A stretch of 64,000 nucleotides of DNA from Harriotta raleighana (GCA_050575255.1 JBNZDD010013696.1:2212716-2276715); one strand, 5' to 3'; counted from the first letter of the stretch, positions 24,788 through 37,849 are shown. Translations and numbers: made by a program. The notes: generated by a model from the sequence alone, not told the origin.

Positions 24788-26399
24788 GTAAGTACTGGGT
24801 CCTTATTCTATAGCGTTTGTAAAAGAACTGAACACTATTTCTACAGATGTTTGTTGGAAAGCATTGTTCATCTCTTAATTGAAGATGATTTCCAATAAAA
24901 TCTGCTGAAAAATGAAACAAGGAGGGAGGAGAAAGGAAAGATCAAAACCGAGTCAAGGCAGGCAGGTTTAAAATATGTTCTCGGTTAGTCACGCGTTCAC
25001 TTCATTCAAAACAAAGTCACATTTTCAATATGTTATGTAGTTAACCAGGGTGTATTTATTTATTTTACTGCAATTGCATTAGTCTGGTTCCTTGGCTGTT
25101 AGATTTGCCGAGCGTTGAACTGGACCCGGAATGAAATGACAGGGCTCTATATGAAGGGAAATCAAATCGTATTAAAGGTAACAAAGTGGCCCAAATGGAG
25201 GTTGTTGCCTTCACCTTGCAGTGATCCTTAAATTCTCCCAACAGTTCAGATTGCAAATAATTCTATTGTGTTGAGGGATGAGCGAGAAGTATCCAAACTC
25301 ATCTAATATTAGCCATTGGCAATGAATGCCACCAAAGCCATTTGTCTCTGTTTTGTTGGGGTCGGAAGTGGGCGAGTCTGTATCTAAATCCAAAGAAAGA
25401 GAGTGTAGGCGTAATCTATCTTTGAATCCCAGATGAGCTGGTTGTTGTTGGCCTTAACTTTCTGCCTATTGAACGAAAGGTCAAATTATGCTGAATGTTT
25501 ATCCCTAATCAATAGTACATATGGGTCTGAAGTGCTGTTTTCTCCTGAAAATAAATTGCTCCTTCCACCACAAATTCATTTGCTTTCCAGACTCTAGGCT
25601 TGTTGGTCATCATAAGCTGGCAACACAGATTTATCAAGCCCTGAATCCAAGCCTCTAACAGCCAAAGCTTTGTCATCTTAACATTTTAAGGAATCTTGAA
25701 CACTAAGTAATGATTGTGTGTGTTTTAACTTGGTTTACCCACGACCATAATACAGTTCCGTCCTCTCCCTTTCCCCGAGAGCCTATATGGAATACATGTC
25801 CAAGAAATTTATATAAATGTTAAATATTTCTAATTTAAAATATTTTTTGTACAGCAGTGTAGGTTGGGCATTTTTTAAAAACCAGCTGGAAAACTAAAAA
25901 CAGCATGAACATAAGGTCGGGGGAAGGCAGAGAGCTAGTTAAGGTAGATACAGAGAAGATTTGAACCTTGTTAGTGGGGAGCTAAAAAAAAATCATAAAT
26001 AAAATGCTGGAAAAGCACAGCTCAGTCTGCGGAGAGGCAGTTTAACAGTCCCCTTGTGATTCTTCAATAAGAGGTTTACACCTGCAGAATTAATCTCTCT
26101 CTGACTGTTGACCAACATGAACTGATCTGGAATTTTTTATAGTCCTTTTCCCACTTCCCCCTCCCCTACCCATCTCCCACCCCACTCCCCCGCCAAAAAA
26201 AATTGCTGGCATCATAGTTTACATGGAAAGAGGATGCGGGTTTGGAATTTGCCTGGTTTCTAGAGACTAGAGTTCACACAGCTTCCCATTACTTTGCTGA
26301 AATGTCACAGTGAGATGCATGTTGCATGCCCCACTAGCCCCCACCTCCCTTTCAACTGATAATGTAGATCATAACAGGCTGTTTCAACTAGTCCTGAAT

Positions 26400-26705
26400 A
26401 GTAAAACAGGTCACAATCTTTGATTGAAAGTGAGGGGGGATAAATTCAGAGTGGATCCACAAAAACACTATTTCAATGAGCGACCACTAAACCCGTGAAA
26501 CAGGCTCCCTTTGAGAGATGGATGAAGCAGGAAATGTTGATTAATTCAAACACAGATTTGATATTTCTCTTTTAGTTAATAACATGATGGGATATAGTAC
26601 ATAGTTAGTCCGGGACATATATGCATGCGACCGCCAGGAAGGTGGAAGGCAAACTAGGCGGATCTTGGTCTTATTTTTGCCTAGCATTTCTCACGTTCGT
26701 ATGAA
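26400..26705 (+). mobile_element. CR1-type LINE 3' fragment
   Basis: Decayed ORF2 C-terminus pattern (RG.KF...F..R....WN.LP...F K..FD) followed by a short 3' UTR. Confidence 0.6.
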
Positions 26706-28739
26706 TTTTTGCATTCCTAAAGAATGGTGCATAGAGTGGCAAGAGTGCCGGCTCTTGTCTTTACATCTTTACCTCTTCCTCTCATGTAAGCATGTGTGAA
26801 GCTATTTCCCAGGGCTACACATATCCAGCACTTTATGTTTGACAATTTCTGATGTCCAGCACTCAGAGGTACTTTTCATCTGTCCAGAACAGTTTGAAAC
26901 CTGCCATTACTTTATTACAGTCTCAAAACAACCACTGTCTTCAGAAATAACATTCCAAAAGTATTGTTACAGTATGAGCCAAACACCAACTGGATTAATT
27001 TTCGTATGTCACCACTATGTTCTCGCATCGTAAGCACTGTCAACTTCAAAACTAATGAATAATCCATCAAAATTGAATGTATTTTAAATCAAGTCCCACA
27101 CAGCTGTACTGCCTCATATCTGTATCTTAACTGGGGCAAATTCACCTAATCCCAGAATGTATTTTTATATCCTGAGCCAGATCAAGACTGGGACTCAGTA
27201 AAAATGAGGTCTAAATCCTCACTTAATACCTGGCAGTCAGACAAAGGTATTTGCCTATTTATTCTATATCCAGACTTGTCTGTAAAATTCACCAATAAAA
27301 CCAAGATCACTGCACTCGTGGACAGATCTGAATTCTCCTTTTGCTATCTTAGCACCCAGAGTGTAGAGGAAGAGTACGCTGGCAATAAAAATACTGTCAC
27401 TGCTGTATTTCAGTGTAAATGGTACAGAGCTGCCAATGTTGTTCTAAAGCATAAGGGAATACACCTGTGCCATCTGACTCTGCCGAGCTGTCTCAAGGCA
27501 GTATCGGGTAATAACAATAATGATATAAATTACTCCTGAAGTCATTCTGCTTCATGTAGCCTACCTCTACTTCTATTATTTTTCAGCAATTGCCTCAGTC
27601 TGCTATTGAACGTGACGGCTCGTCCAAACGGGCTGGCACGCAAGACACTGGTGGCTGATTGCTACTAAAGCTAGGGCTGGAGAAGCAGAATGACTTGACT
27701 TAACCCCAGGAGGAGAACTGGCTCACAATGATCTCAGTGTAGATGGGGTCAGCTCCTGATTGATGAGAAACACCTGAGTCTTAAAATGCAACTCCAAGTA
27801 AATGCAAATTTGTGAAATAATAGGGCTTCCACAATGCTGATATTCCTTCCCTTCAGACGCTCGGAACCTCATTAGACCAGTCATACCCGACCTGAGGAAT
27901 AACAGGAAAAAAAATGACTCAAATGATTATGCTGCATAGCTCTCACTGACAATAATTCCAATAGAAAATCCCAAACAAAACTCTTGTTAATTTCATTAGC
28001 ACCCAAGGTATTGTTTCTTCATTATTAATGTCGTTTGTATTATATTATATCAAATCGTGTGCCTCATCTCATCTTTGATGAATGCTAAAAGAGCACCATT
28101 GTTTAAAGCAATAGCACATTACTTTCAGTCATCCAGGAAAGCTCATTATAGCCCGGTGTTTCTGTCATTTGCACGCATATGGTAAACCTGATAAAACATT
28201 TCATCTTGCACCAACAAGCCAAGTCTTTCATTCGAATATGATGTGGTTTGTCATATTCTTTAGAGTCAATTAGCAATGCTCTTATCTGTCGGTAACAAAA
28301 TCAGCTAATTGTTTTTCAAAGTTTCCATTGCATTAAAAGGAAGTATGATCCGATAAAAGAACGACACTATTCTGACTGTTATAAAGGGCGATAAGAATTC
28401 ATCCACGCATGCCTCCAGTCCTGCTTTGTTACCGTGTTTAATGTTGTCAACTTGCTGATTAGTGGCAGCTAGGTGACAGACATTTTGTGAAGCTGTTCCT
28501 CTCCATTAGCATCAGGAAGCAGGAGCTAGGGCTCTCGACAGTACAATCAATCCTGGTGTCATTGGGACGGAAATCCGCAGCAAGTGTCTGATTCGAGGCT
28601 TCTGATTCTAGGCTGGACACCTGACAGCATAAAGCCCAACGCATTACACACCGAGGACTTCTCAGTCGAGGAATAGACACCAATGTTGTTCAATATCTGA
28701 TCTTTTATGTGAATTAGATCAAAATTGACTGTGGGTTTA

Positions 28740-29047
28740 ATAAGAAGAAGAATCCTTGCATTTATAATAATAATAATACTTGAATTTGATATAGCGCTTT
28801 TCACATCTTCGAAACGTTTCAAAGCGCATCACAGAATATACTGTAAAGTGATTTGACTGTATATTTGTGGGCGAAATGTGGCAGCCAATTGTGCACAGCA
28901 GCGTCCCACAAACAGTCGTGGATTGAAATGACCAATTTTATTACTGTGGTTTTTTGGAGGGATTATTATTATATGATATACGCCTTATCACATTTTCAAG
29001 ACATCTCAAAGTGCTTCACAGAATATACTGTAAAGTAAATTGACTGT
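28740..29047 (-). mobile_element. 5'-truncated SINE nested in the tail of an older SINE fragment
   Basis: aatccttgcattt is interrupted by a SINE 3' half (28764-28970), and the older tail resumes at ~28971-29047. Confidence 0.85.
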
Positions 29048-29264
29048 CGATTAGTTTATTTTGTGATCAAAAGATTCTCACAATCAAGGAAGGTCCTTTG
29101 GTTGATTTGATCTCGTTCTTCCCAAATGCAAGCCCATGTTTTGAATGATGCTTTTGTTCAGTTGAGCTCTGAGGATCAAAATCCATTGCAATTGCTGGCA
29201 TTTTATAATAACACTGTAAACCAAATCTGGTATATAATATTCTTATATGTTATTTCTCCTACAG

Positions 29265-29337
29265 TTAAAGATAAAGAAGATGCCCGTGCTGATCCCGAAG
29301 CGCAGCCAATGAAAGAGGAAACGTTTGGAGAGTACAG
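29265..29337 (+). CDS. CHL1: CHL1 cytoplasmic exon
   Basis: Acceptor tttctcctacag|, donor TACAG|gtaaag, 73 nt. Encodes (V)KDKEDARADPEAQPMKEETFGEY. Confidence 0.96.
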
Positions 29338-29364
29338 GTAAAGCTCTTTTCCAGGGCAGCTCGC

Positions 29365-29805
29365 AAATCCATGCAAGCACATTCACCTACAAAACACACA
29401 GTCACTGCACTTTACACTAAATCATTTCAAGCACTTTGAGACGTTCTCCTGATTTATCAAATGCAAGGACTATTCTTATTTGTGCAGTCCTGTGGCTCAG
29501 TGGTTAGAGCACTTATTTTACAAGCATGAGACCTCGAATCCAGGCAGGTCCGGTTGAAAATTTGGGCAACTTTCTCCACGTGCCGAATAATACTCCACAT
29601 GCCTAATAATAGTCCCTCCTAAAAAACCCACAATAATAAAAATTGGTCATTTCAATCCATGGCTAATGGTGGAACATTGCTGTGCGCAATTGGCTGCTGC
29701 GTTTCCCCCACAAATATAGTCAATTCACTTTACACTATATTCTGTGAAGCTCTTTGAGACGTCTAGAAGTCGTGAAAAGCTCTATATCAAATTCAAGGAT
29801 GATAA
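29365..29805 (+). mobile_element. Old SINE tail (29365-29480) followed by full-length SINE (29487-29805)
   Basis: Head gtcctgtggctcagtggttagagcact, body and tail gtgaagctctttgagacgtctagaagtcgtgaaaagctctatatcaaattcaaggat. Confidence 0.92.
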
Positions 29806-30644
29806 ATGATATTATATCGTTTTTCTTTTGCGTTTTTATTTTGTGTTGAGATTTATGTCAGTTCTGAAGCACGATTATCTCCTCCCGAGCATTTCACTCC
29901 TGCTAAATTCACATTATTAAGATTTCATTATTTGGTTTTGCCTTTGACTTTACAGCAAACTATGCTTAATTAGATTGTGTGAAGGCTGATTATATTGAGC
30001 TTTATCTCACTAAAGCTGAAGTTCAGATACATTTCAATTCACATATCTCTGGGTGTGAATAACCTTGAGTTTTCTAAGCAGCAGATATTTTAACAATTCA
30101 TTTTAAACACTTGCGACTGCATTCACCACCATCATAACAGTACAATAGTTCATTATTTGATTATATATCTTGTACAGGGTACATTTTCTCTGTATTTTCT
30201 TTACTTATTGAAATAAATGCCTTTACAATAATACAACTGTAGGAGCATATTTTGATGTGTTGCAATGGAATTGATACCTTTGATCCCATTTACCTATTTA
30301 AGTAATTATTGAATTGTTCACCTCCATTAAACACTACGCTATCTCATTGCTTTTCACACCAATCAATGATAGATCAACATGTAACGATATTTCTTCTTGC
30401 AAAGCAGCCACAAAATGTAGGTTCAGGGCAGGAGAATTGAACTAAAAGCAAAATGTGATCTCAAACATATTCTTTCAAAGAGCATAATCTATGGAAGAGT
30501 AATATTGAAGGGCATGGTGAAAGAGTAGGAGAATTTAGATCAGATAGCAGTCGTGAGACAGCAAGCACCAGCACAGACAAAATGAACTAAATAGCCTCCT
30601 ATGCACTGTGCATTTTCTTTCGATTCCCTAAGAGATCACTACTT

Positions 30645-30840
30645 AGATAATAATAATATTTTTGCATTTGATNACAAAATGAACTAAATAGCCTCCTATG
30701 CACTGTGCATTTTCTTTCGATTCCCTAAGAGATCACTACTTAGATAATAATAATATTTTTGCATAGCGCTCGGCATGTCTTCGAGATGTCTGAAAGTGCT
30801 TCACAGAATTGACTGTACATTTTGTGGGCAAAATCGACGC
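30645..30840 (-). mobile_element. SINE tail fragment spanning a single-N join
   Basis: Tail motif present; N at 30673. Confidence 0.7.
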
Positions 30841-31389
30841 GAGTAAATGATTCTAAACTCAACTTTATCTTCATGGTTTTGCAATTTCAACTTTAATTTA
30901 GTTAAATAGTATTGGTTTGCTATTCTACCATTACATTGTGTTAATCTGAGTAGGTTTAGTGGATGGGTAAATCTAAATATTTTACTTGACCATTTACTTT
31001 GAACTGAATGATCTGGATGTTTATGTAAATCTTTTGACATGAACTTAAATGCAGAGGAGGGAATAGAATGAGAAAATGCCACTTTAGCCTATCAAAATCA
31101 CTCTGCACAGTCTATGCAAATCCCATCATGTCATTGATTACATCTACATATCCTAGAAAAAGATTTTGCTTTAACGCTGCCTGGATCTCAAAAATACTAC
31201 ACAATGAAGAGAATTTATCCATCCCCACATCTCTTTACACAGAAACATCTCCTCTCTTCCTCCCACCTTCAAATGATAGCTTTTACCTTTGAAGAATTTG
31301 TTGATTTCCCTATAACTTCTATTAATGTTCTCGAGCAGATAATTTTCCATCTGACTGAGCATCAAGTGTTTTTCTTTGACAGTTTATGT

Positions 31390-31805
31390 AAAATAATAAT
31401 AACCCTTGCATTTGAATTGTAGTGCATTTCACGGGTATAGTGTCCCTCAAAGCATTTCACAGCATTTACTGCAAGAGAGTAATTACTCTATTTTGTAGGT
31501 GAACTTGGTAGTCAATTTGTGCACAACAATCTCCCATTAATGAAGTGAATGATCAAGTTTATCTGGAGGGTGGGATGCTATTGGCTGGGATAAATCCCCT
31601 TTATTCTTCGAATACTGCCATAGGATCTCTAACAGCTACCTGAACAGGCAAAGAGAACATCAATTTCAATGTCTCAGCACCTCTCACAATGCAGCACTCC
31701 CCTTGAAGGGTAGTCTAGACAGTTGGTTCAAAAGCTTGACTTAGTGCTTGAACCCATGAACTTCTGACTGAGAAGCAAGAGTTCTACCAACTGAGCCAAG
31801 CTGAC
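31390..31805 (-). mobile_element. Older Deu-domain SINE (SacSINE1-like), near full length
   Basis: Minus-strand head gtcagcttggctcagttggtagaactcttgcttctcagtcagaag...gggttcaagc and central ggagtgctgcattgt...gatcctatggcagtattcgaagaa. Confidence 0.8.
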
Positions 31806-31829
31806 TGACGCCTTATCCTCCAGATGGAA

Positions 31830-32371
31830 ACAAAATATCTTCTAATTTTCCTGTCCTACATGAATACGTAATCTTTTTTTTCCACGTGTCTTCACTTCCC
31901 GCGCTCTCAAATGAATAAATCATCTTCTTACATAAGTCATAAATGTTTCCAAAGACTGGATGGTACCCCCCCCCACACTAAGTTTTTGAAAATAAACGAA
32001 CTCAGCTCGTTTCCTCAAAACGTAGAGCTCTACATTCCAGCTTCAACCTTATAGCTCTTCTCTGTCCTCCCGTGAGCATTTCATTGCCCTTCAGAATGCT
32101 GGTGCTGCCCAAACGACAGGTAATATTCCAAATGTTGCCTCACCAGTGATTGATACAACGTTGGGATAACGTCTTTCGATTTGCAGTCAAATGCCTTTGA
32201 GATGCAATCTAGCATTTGATTAGCTTTGTCCACAGCAGCTTCACCATGTCTGTAAACCTTCAATGAATGATCAATACTCACTGAAATCCTTTTTCCTTCT
32301 CCATCTCTGCTGACGGACGCCCCTTCATTATGCAGCAGTGTCTGCAGTTTGTTCCGTTTGCATTTGCTCAT
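31830..32371 (-). mobile_element. CR1 LINE ORF2 C-terminal fragment
   Basis: ORF 32081-32371 reads AAVDKANQMLDCISKAFDCKSKDVIPTLYQSLVRQHLEY, matching CR1 KANRMLG.I...KS.EVIL.LYKSLVRPHLEY. Confidence 0.9.
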
Positions 32372-34779
32372 ATTTTATCTCATTTTTATTCTGCGCACAG
32401 CAGGGTCTGAGGGGGAGGCAAGAAATGAGCATTTACGTTGATCAATGTTTTAGTGATTTATTTAAAACTGATTAAAAAAAAAGAGGGAATGCTTGAGGTT
32501 GTTGTTCAATCAGTACTGCGAGGTTCTCAGGCAGTAGGTGACTGGGTTGTTTTGCTACTGCTCTAATTTTCATCATCATTCTGAGCTAAGCTGTATGGTG
32601 GTGTATTGAATGACTGACTTGCCAAACCTACTCTCCAGTGGAGCAGACACACTATCTGCTTTGATTTTTATGTTGTACTTCAATTACCAGGACCCCTGCA
32701 GAGACGCAATGTCATCCTTCGTGTGGAATTTTTATATTCTCCTGAGTCAGGAGTAGATTTTGTCTTTGTCCTTCCTGCAGACTGATGCACTGTACTGTTA
32801 ACTTTTGCCAGTTAGCCTAATGAGACTTAGATGTCAATTTATTTGCGCACTTCATTTGCCCCATGCTCTTTGGTACCGGTTCACTGACTGCAGTGTTTCT
32901 AATCAATCAAAGCCAATAATTAATTCATGGCTGATCAATTAAAATGTAATCATCTTTCTCGTGTATTGATGATTCACCCTTTTCATTTCACTTCCTGACC
33001 TAGGACATCAGCAATGAATGATGGAACTAATAACATGTCACTTCTTTAACGTGTATATCTCCTGTAATGGATGTGATCTTCATGAGGGCATCTCAGTTAC
33101 AGCAACAACAACAAAAACACACACCAGGAAAATCAATTCAAAACACCCAGCTTTCTCCGTTTGAAGAATTGAACTCTTTTCGTAATTGTGACTTGATTCA
33201 TCCAAATAAAGATTAGAACCATTTTGCTAACTGGCTCACAGACACACATACTGTAGCGTACCTTATGGAGAATGCAAATGGTTTCTGACAACGCAAAGCA
33301 ACTAGAAATGACTAGAGAAATTGCATCAACCGATGCTTATTATTTTTAGCAACAGGCAAATACACTAATTTGGAACTGATTCCAGATCTTACGGCTCGTA
33401 AAGGGTTTAAATCTAACCTCCATCCCCCCTGAAGACTGAGTTACAGTTTAATCAGATGAACCCTGCAGTATGTTAACTCAGCAGGCTGGATTTAAGATAT
33501 CAATCTGATGCCAGGATTTGTATTACGTACAATTTTAAGTAAGATATTTGAATCTCGGTGATCCAGTTAGATAGCAGCTTTTTGTTCACTCAATGCCAGA
33601 TATAAAATGGTACAGGACTGGCTGGAGATGGCTATGATTTCAGACTTGGAGCAGTATTCTATATTTCTCTCAATGCATTATATTGAATTCCTGCAAAACC
33701 AAATTCCAACAATAGATAACAATGTTGCTGCATTCCCCCAGTCTATTGTGGATTAGCAGTTTGCAACAGAATGCACACAGCACTGTGGGACATCCTGCCG
33801 ACGTGAAAGGCGCTAATACAACTGAAATTTTGTATTGTATTAAGTTGGCCAGAGAGCAAGTGAATATATAGCCTCCNTGCACACAGCACTGTGGGACATC
33901 CTGCCGACGTGAAAGGCGCTAATACAAGTGAAATTTTGTATTGTATTAAGTTGGCCAGAGAGCAAGTGAATATATAGCCTCTAAAAGAAATAGAGAAATT
34001 GCATTTATTTAGTGCAATATTGAAGCCAAGTTGAAGTCCTGACCTTCTGTAAAAAGAGGGGGAGTCAGCTCATGCTGTGTTGGGGAGACTGTCTGGTGGG
34101 TATGGAAGGGGCATTCTTCATTCATCCAAAACAATCTTGTGTCCTTGTGAGTGACATGTTTGTGCATACAAGCAGAAACTTGGTGGTGGGGGTGGGGGAA
34201 TCAATAAATCACACCAAGTTTTTATTGTGGGAATCATGATACTCTTGAAAAATTTGCTGGTATCCATTTTATATATGCATGAAGCCCATTTACCCCAAAC
34301 ATAGACAGTCATTTTTGAATTAATACGTGATAGAATGTAAAGGAACAGCAATTTAGAATATTTTACATCAGTGAGACGAAGGTAATACATTGAAGGTGGA
34401 AACCAAATCATTTTGCCCAACATTGTAATCCAAGAAATTTACACACTGTTTTTTTCCCCTCCTTATTGAAATTCACATTGTGCTCGCAGTGTATTTAGAA
34501 GACAAATATGTTTAGCAACAATGAACTCTGGTCAAAGCCAATATAATCCATTAGAGCACAGCAAATAGCGGGGATATGCATTTCTTTACCACGAATCCAA
34601 GATGAAATAATTATACAGAGATAAATGAACAAATTATAATATTTTTTCAACCTCAGTTTATTCACTCGCTGCAATAATTTAAAACCACCGAACCATTTCC
34701 CTTTACATACACAGCAGAGAAGTTTCCTTTAATATGTTTTTATGCTCTTCTTTTTTATTGCTAACTTCAATGGGAGTAG

Positions 34780-34791
34780 GTCACTGGAAAG
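34780..34791 (+). CDS. CHL1: 12-nt RSLE microexon
   Basis: ttttttattgctaacttcaatgggagtag|GTCACTGGAAAG|gtaaga. Inclusion gives TAC AGG TCA CTG GAA AGT GAC = YRSLESD; skipping gives YSD. Branch-point-like CTAAC at 34761. Confidence 0.93.
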
Positions 34792-35749
34792 GTAAGATGG
34801 TAATTGTGTTCCAGTTGGTTTTTGTCCAGTTTTTTTTTACGTAGACAATGTATTCTTCTGCCAGCTGTCTTCTTAATTTTAGTTTTTTTCATCTGTCACA
34901 TTCTTAAATTGCAACTTAATCTTTGAAGCATTTCCACATTTATTTTTGCATAAAATCTGCAATGAAAAATAAAATCTACAATGAATCAGGAGCTTAAATT
35001 TGACTCATTATGTGGAGCATAATTTGAAACAGGACCCAACATATTTTCACCCCCCAATGTAATTTGCATTTCAAAATACGTTTTCTGTTTCTCGAACTCG
35101 TAGATGATAAATAATGAAAAGGCTGTTTTTTTACCTTTGATTTGGTTTAATTCTCTGGCCAAGGAAAGCCCCAAAGCATTATCAATTGTAACAGCTCAAT
35201 GAAAGTTTTCACTAGAACAATTGATGTGGAGTCAATATTGTGAATTCAGCCAATATTCAAGGTCCTAGATTATTTCTGTAGGAGTGGAGTGCTATTTGTG
35301 TTTTGCTTCTTGTGGCAAGCATGTTGCATGCAATGATTCAAAGAAAAGTATTATCTGAATATTGCCCTTCGCATTGTGTACAGTTATTGCTGGCAATTTG
35401 GTCGGGTCAGTGGAAGGTAAATTGGTCTCTGGGTATTTCAAAAGTAACTCAAAGCTGCTTTTTGCAGCAAGACGTAAATATAGTTAAGATAGCTAAATTA
35501 TGAATGTTCAGTTTAGCTGGTAAATATGATTGTATTTTGTTTTTGGTTTAATAGTATTTCTGAATAATTAACTAATTATACTGCTTGACCGAGAAATCAT
35601 TATTCCATGAAAACATTATCGACCACTCATTTTGCCCCTCTTCTGATCAAACACGCAAGTGTCAAAGCTAATAATGGAATACGAACCCTTGGTAACTTGG
35701 AAAAATATTACCCAAATAGAATCAGATAGATAAACAGCATTCAGTGTGA

Positions 35750-35970
35750 TCTGACTCTATTAAAAGGACAGTTTATTCAATGAATTGCAAATTGATTTTA
35801 ATGTAGAAAAGTGTAAGAAAATGTGACCCCAGAATGAGAAATGAAAATAGCATAATCTGGACAAGAAACAGTATTTGAGAGTGGAAAGATGGATTTGGAT
35901 TATTATTGACAATAATTGGTAATTTCCGTTAATGTTACAGCTATTCCCAAAAACCTAATAGGATAACAGT
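35750..35970 (+). mobile_element. Very degenerate CR1 fragment
   Basis: ttgcaaattgattttaatgtagaaaagtgtaag resembles the WQMDFNVEKCK motif. Confidence 0.55.
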
Positions 35971-36615
35971 TACCTATAACTTTGACTCAAGTTGTTGAAA
36001 CCTTTTTTGGAGGCTACATTGAAATATTTCAATGTGTTCAACCAAACTACTAGAAGCAATTATGAATATAACTGTATAACGCAACCTCCAGAATTGGCTC
36101 AGGAAATTAGCCAGATTCAGTACTATCCAAGATAGACTGGAACTCCCTGAAGCTGGAAATCCCACCATCCCTATCTCCACCTCCTAGAGGAAACACTGGA
36201 GGCTAATTCGTCTTCTCTTGTAGAAGTGCTTTTGGCTATGAAGCGAAAGTGATATCAAGTTATGAACCAAATCTTGCACAAAGGCTGAAACCAGACCATG
36301 TTAATTTATTGTAACCAAAGTCTGACTGTTACAATGGTGTCCTTTGTTATAAGTGTTTCTACTCAATTAATAAAATTAGCCTTCGATAGGAAGAAATAAC
36401 TTTTCTGAGTACATCGCAATAATCGATTCCTAGGTGGAAAAAAATCAGCAGTAAATCAGATAATTCATGTAAATTGGTACAAAGAGCAGGCTAATAGCAT
36501 AGAACTATTTCTACACCGTAACTTCAATAGCAGAGAACAAAGAAATCAAAGGAATGATTGGGATTTTCCTAAACTGTCTTCACCACATTCTGAGAGAGGA
36601 TGATTTTCTTTTCAG

Positions 36616-36835
36616 TGACAATGAAGACAGGCCCCTGAAAGGAAGCCGGCAGTCTCTCACTGAGGACGTGAAGCCAACAGGCAGTGATGACAGCCTGGCA
36701 AAGTATGGAGAAGGTGGATCGGAGGGACAGTTTAATGAAGATGGTTCATTCATTGGACAGTACAGTGGAAACAAAGAAAATGGCGCAGTGGATGGAAATG
36801 AAAGCTCCACAGCTACATCTCCCGTTAACGCATGA
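36616..36835 (+). CDS. CHL1: CHL1 terminal coding exon (ankyrin-binding FIGQY, stop TGA)
   Basis: Acceptor ttttcttttcag|. Encodes (S)[72 protein letters not shown]. Confidence 0.97.
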
Positions 36836-37849
36836 GCGAAGTCTGCACAAACATCCTTCACTCTGTAGCAAGTTTGGGGATGTGACTGTGCATTTTGTTC
36901 AATTTCCATTTAGTTCATGTTACCAACAGGCTTCAAATAAAGTAAAGAAAATGGTGATGGGCCATGAAGAATGCTTGCCAGAAGTACAATATTTGTTGGA
37001 GAATAAGATGCATGGGACCCTTTGCTGTAGTCTGCCTTTCTTTCTCAAGGACATATTGTACAAGTAATAAAACGTGTTGTGGTATGAATGTCAATTTGTA
37101 TTGTAGATGTCCACAGTTCAGAAGTGGTTTCCAGGTGCTGGCTTAGTGGCAGCCAGTGACCACTGAAATATTTGTGGTGAAAGCAACTTTGAGCCCCATT
37201 AGTTGATTTTGATGACTCATTGAACCCACCCACTTCTGAACCCAAACACTTCTGAACTGTAGATTCGCAGATCTTGAATATGAGAATACAACGGGATGGG
37301 ATCCTTGCTAAGTATTTTTTCACACTGACTCCATAACATTGCAATGGCTGTCAGTTTAAGGGACCAAACAACTCCCCTCTCCCCGATAGAACACCAGCTA
37401 GTACAGCTTCACAGAAGAGCAGTGTTTTACAAATTGCATACTGTGGCCACATTCAAAAAGCAGAGGAAAGGAACGAAACAGTAACATTGATGTGCGTAAC
37501 CGAGAAATGGCACAAATCTAAAAGAAATAGTCACTTCAGTTTTAAATAACAAGGTGCACTGCGGAATCTGATTTCGGAGTGCCTCCTTGTTAATGAATGT
37601 CTTAGAAAGTGATTGATAGGTAGAAGGCACTAGTTCAAATGGCAGCTATGGCACCATTGAGTTGTCAAAAAAAAACACACAAATCATCCTCGTGCAAACC
37701 GTGCCTCATAGGTATGCAATATGGCTGCTCCAAACCTTGTGTCTTATTTTTCTTCAAATGTGCTCTATACCCAAAGTTCTGCATCTTGTGATTACATTCG
37801 GTCAGAAGATTCAGACGTAGGACAATGGCGTGTACATTTTGTAATTAGG

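Larger units (their letters stand above)
22616..26390. repeat. 1887-bp tandem duplication (22616-24502 / 24504-26390) joined by a single N; probable unmerged contig overlap
   Basis: No differences noticed by eye, including in intronic sequence. The ORF track repeats with offset 1888 (22781/24669, 23177/25065, 23323/25211). Confidence 0.95.

Noticed and set aside
36833-36868. Stop-codon readthrough adding AKSAQTSFTL with a hydrophobic C-terminus
   Set aside because: The TGA-G context is not the leaky TGA-CTAG type and there is no other support.
36580-37067. Antisense ORF (109 aa) and alternative-frame ORF (127 aa) over the last exon
   Set aside because: Shadow frames of the real coding exon with no recognisable domain.
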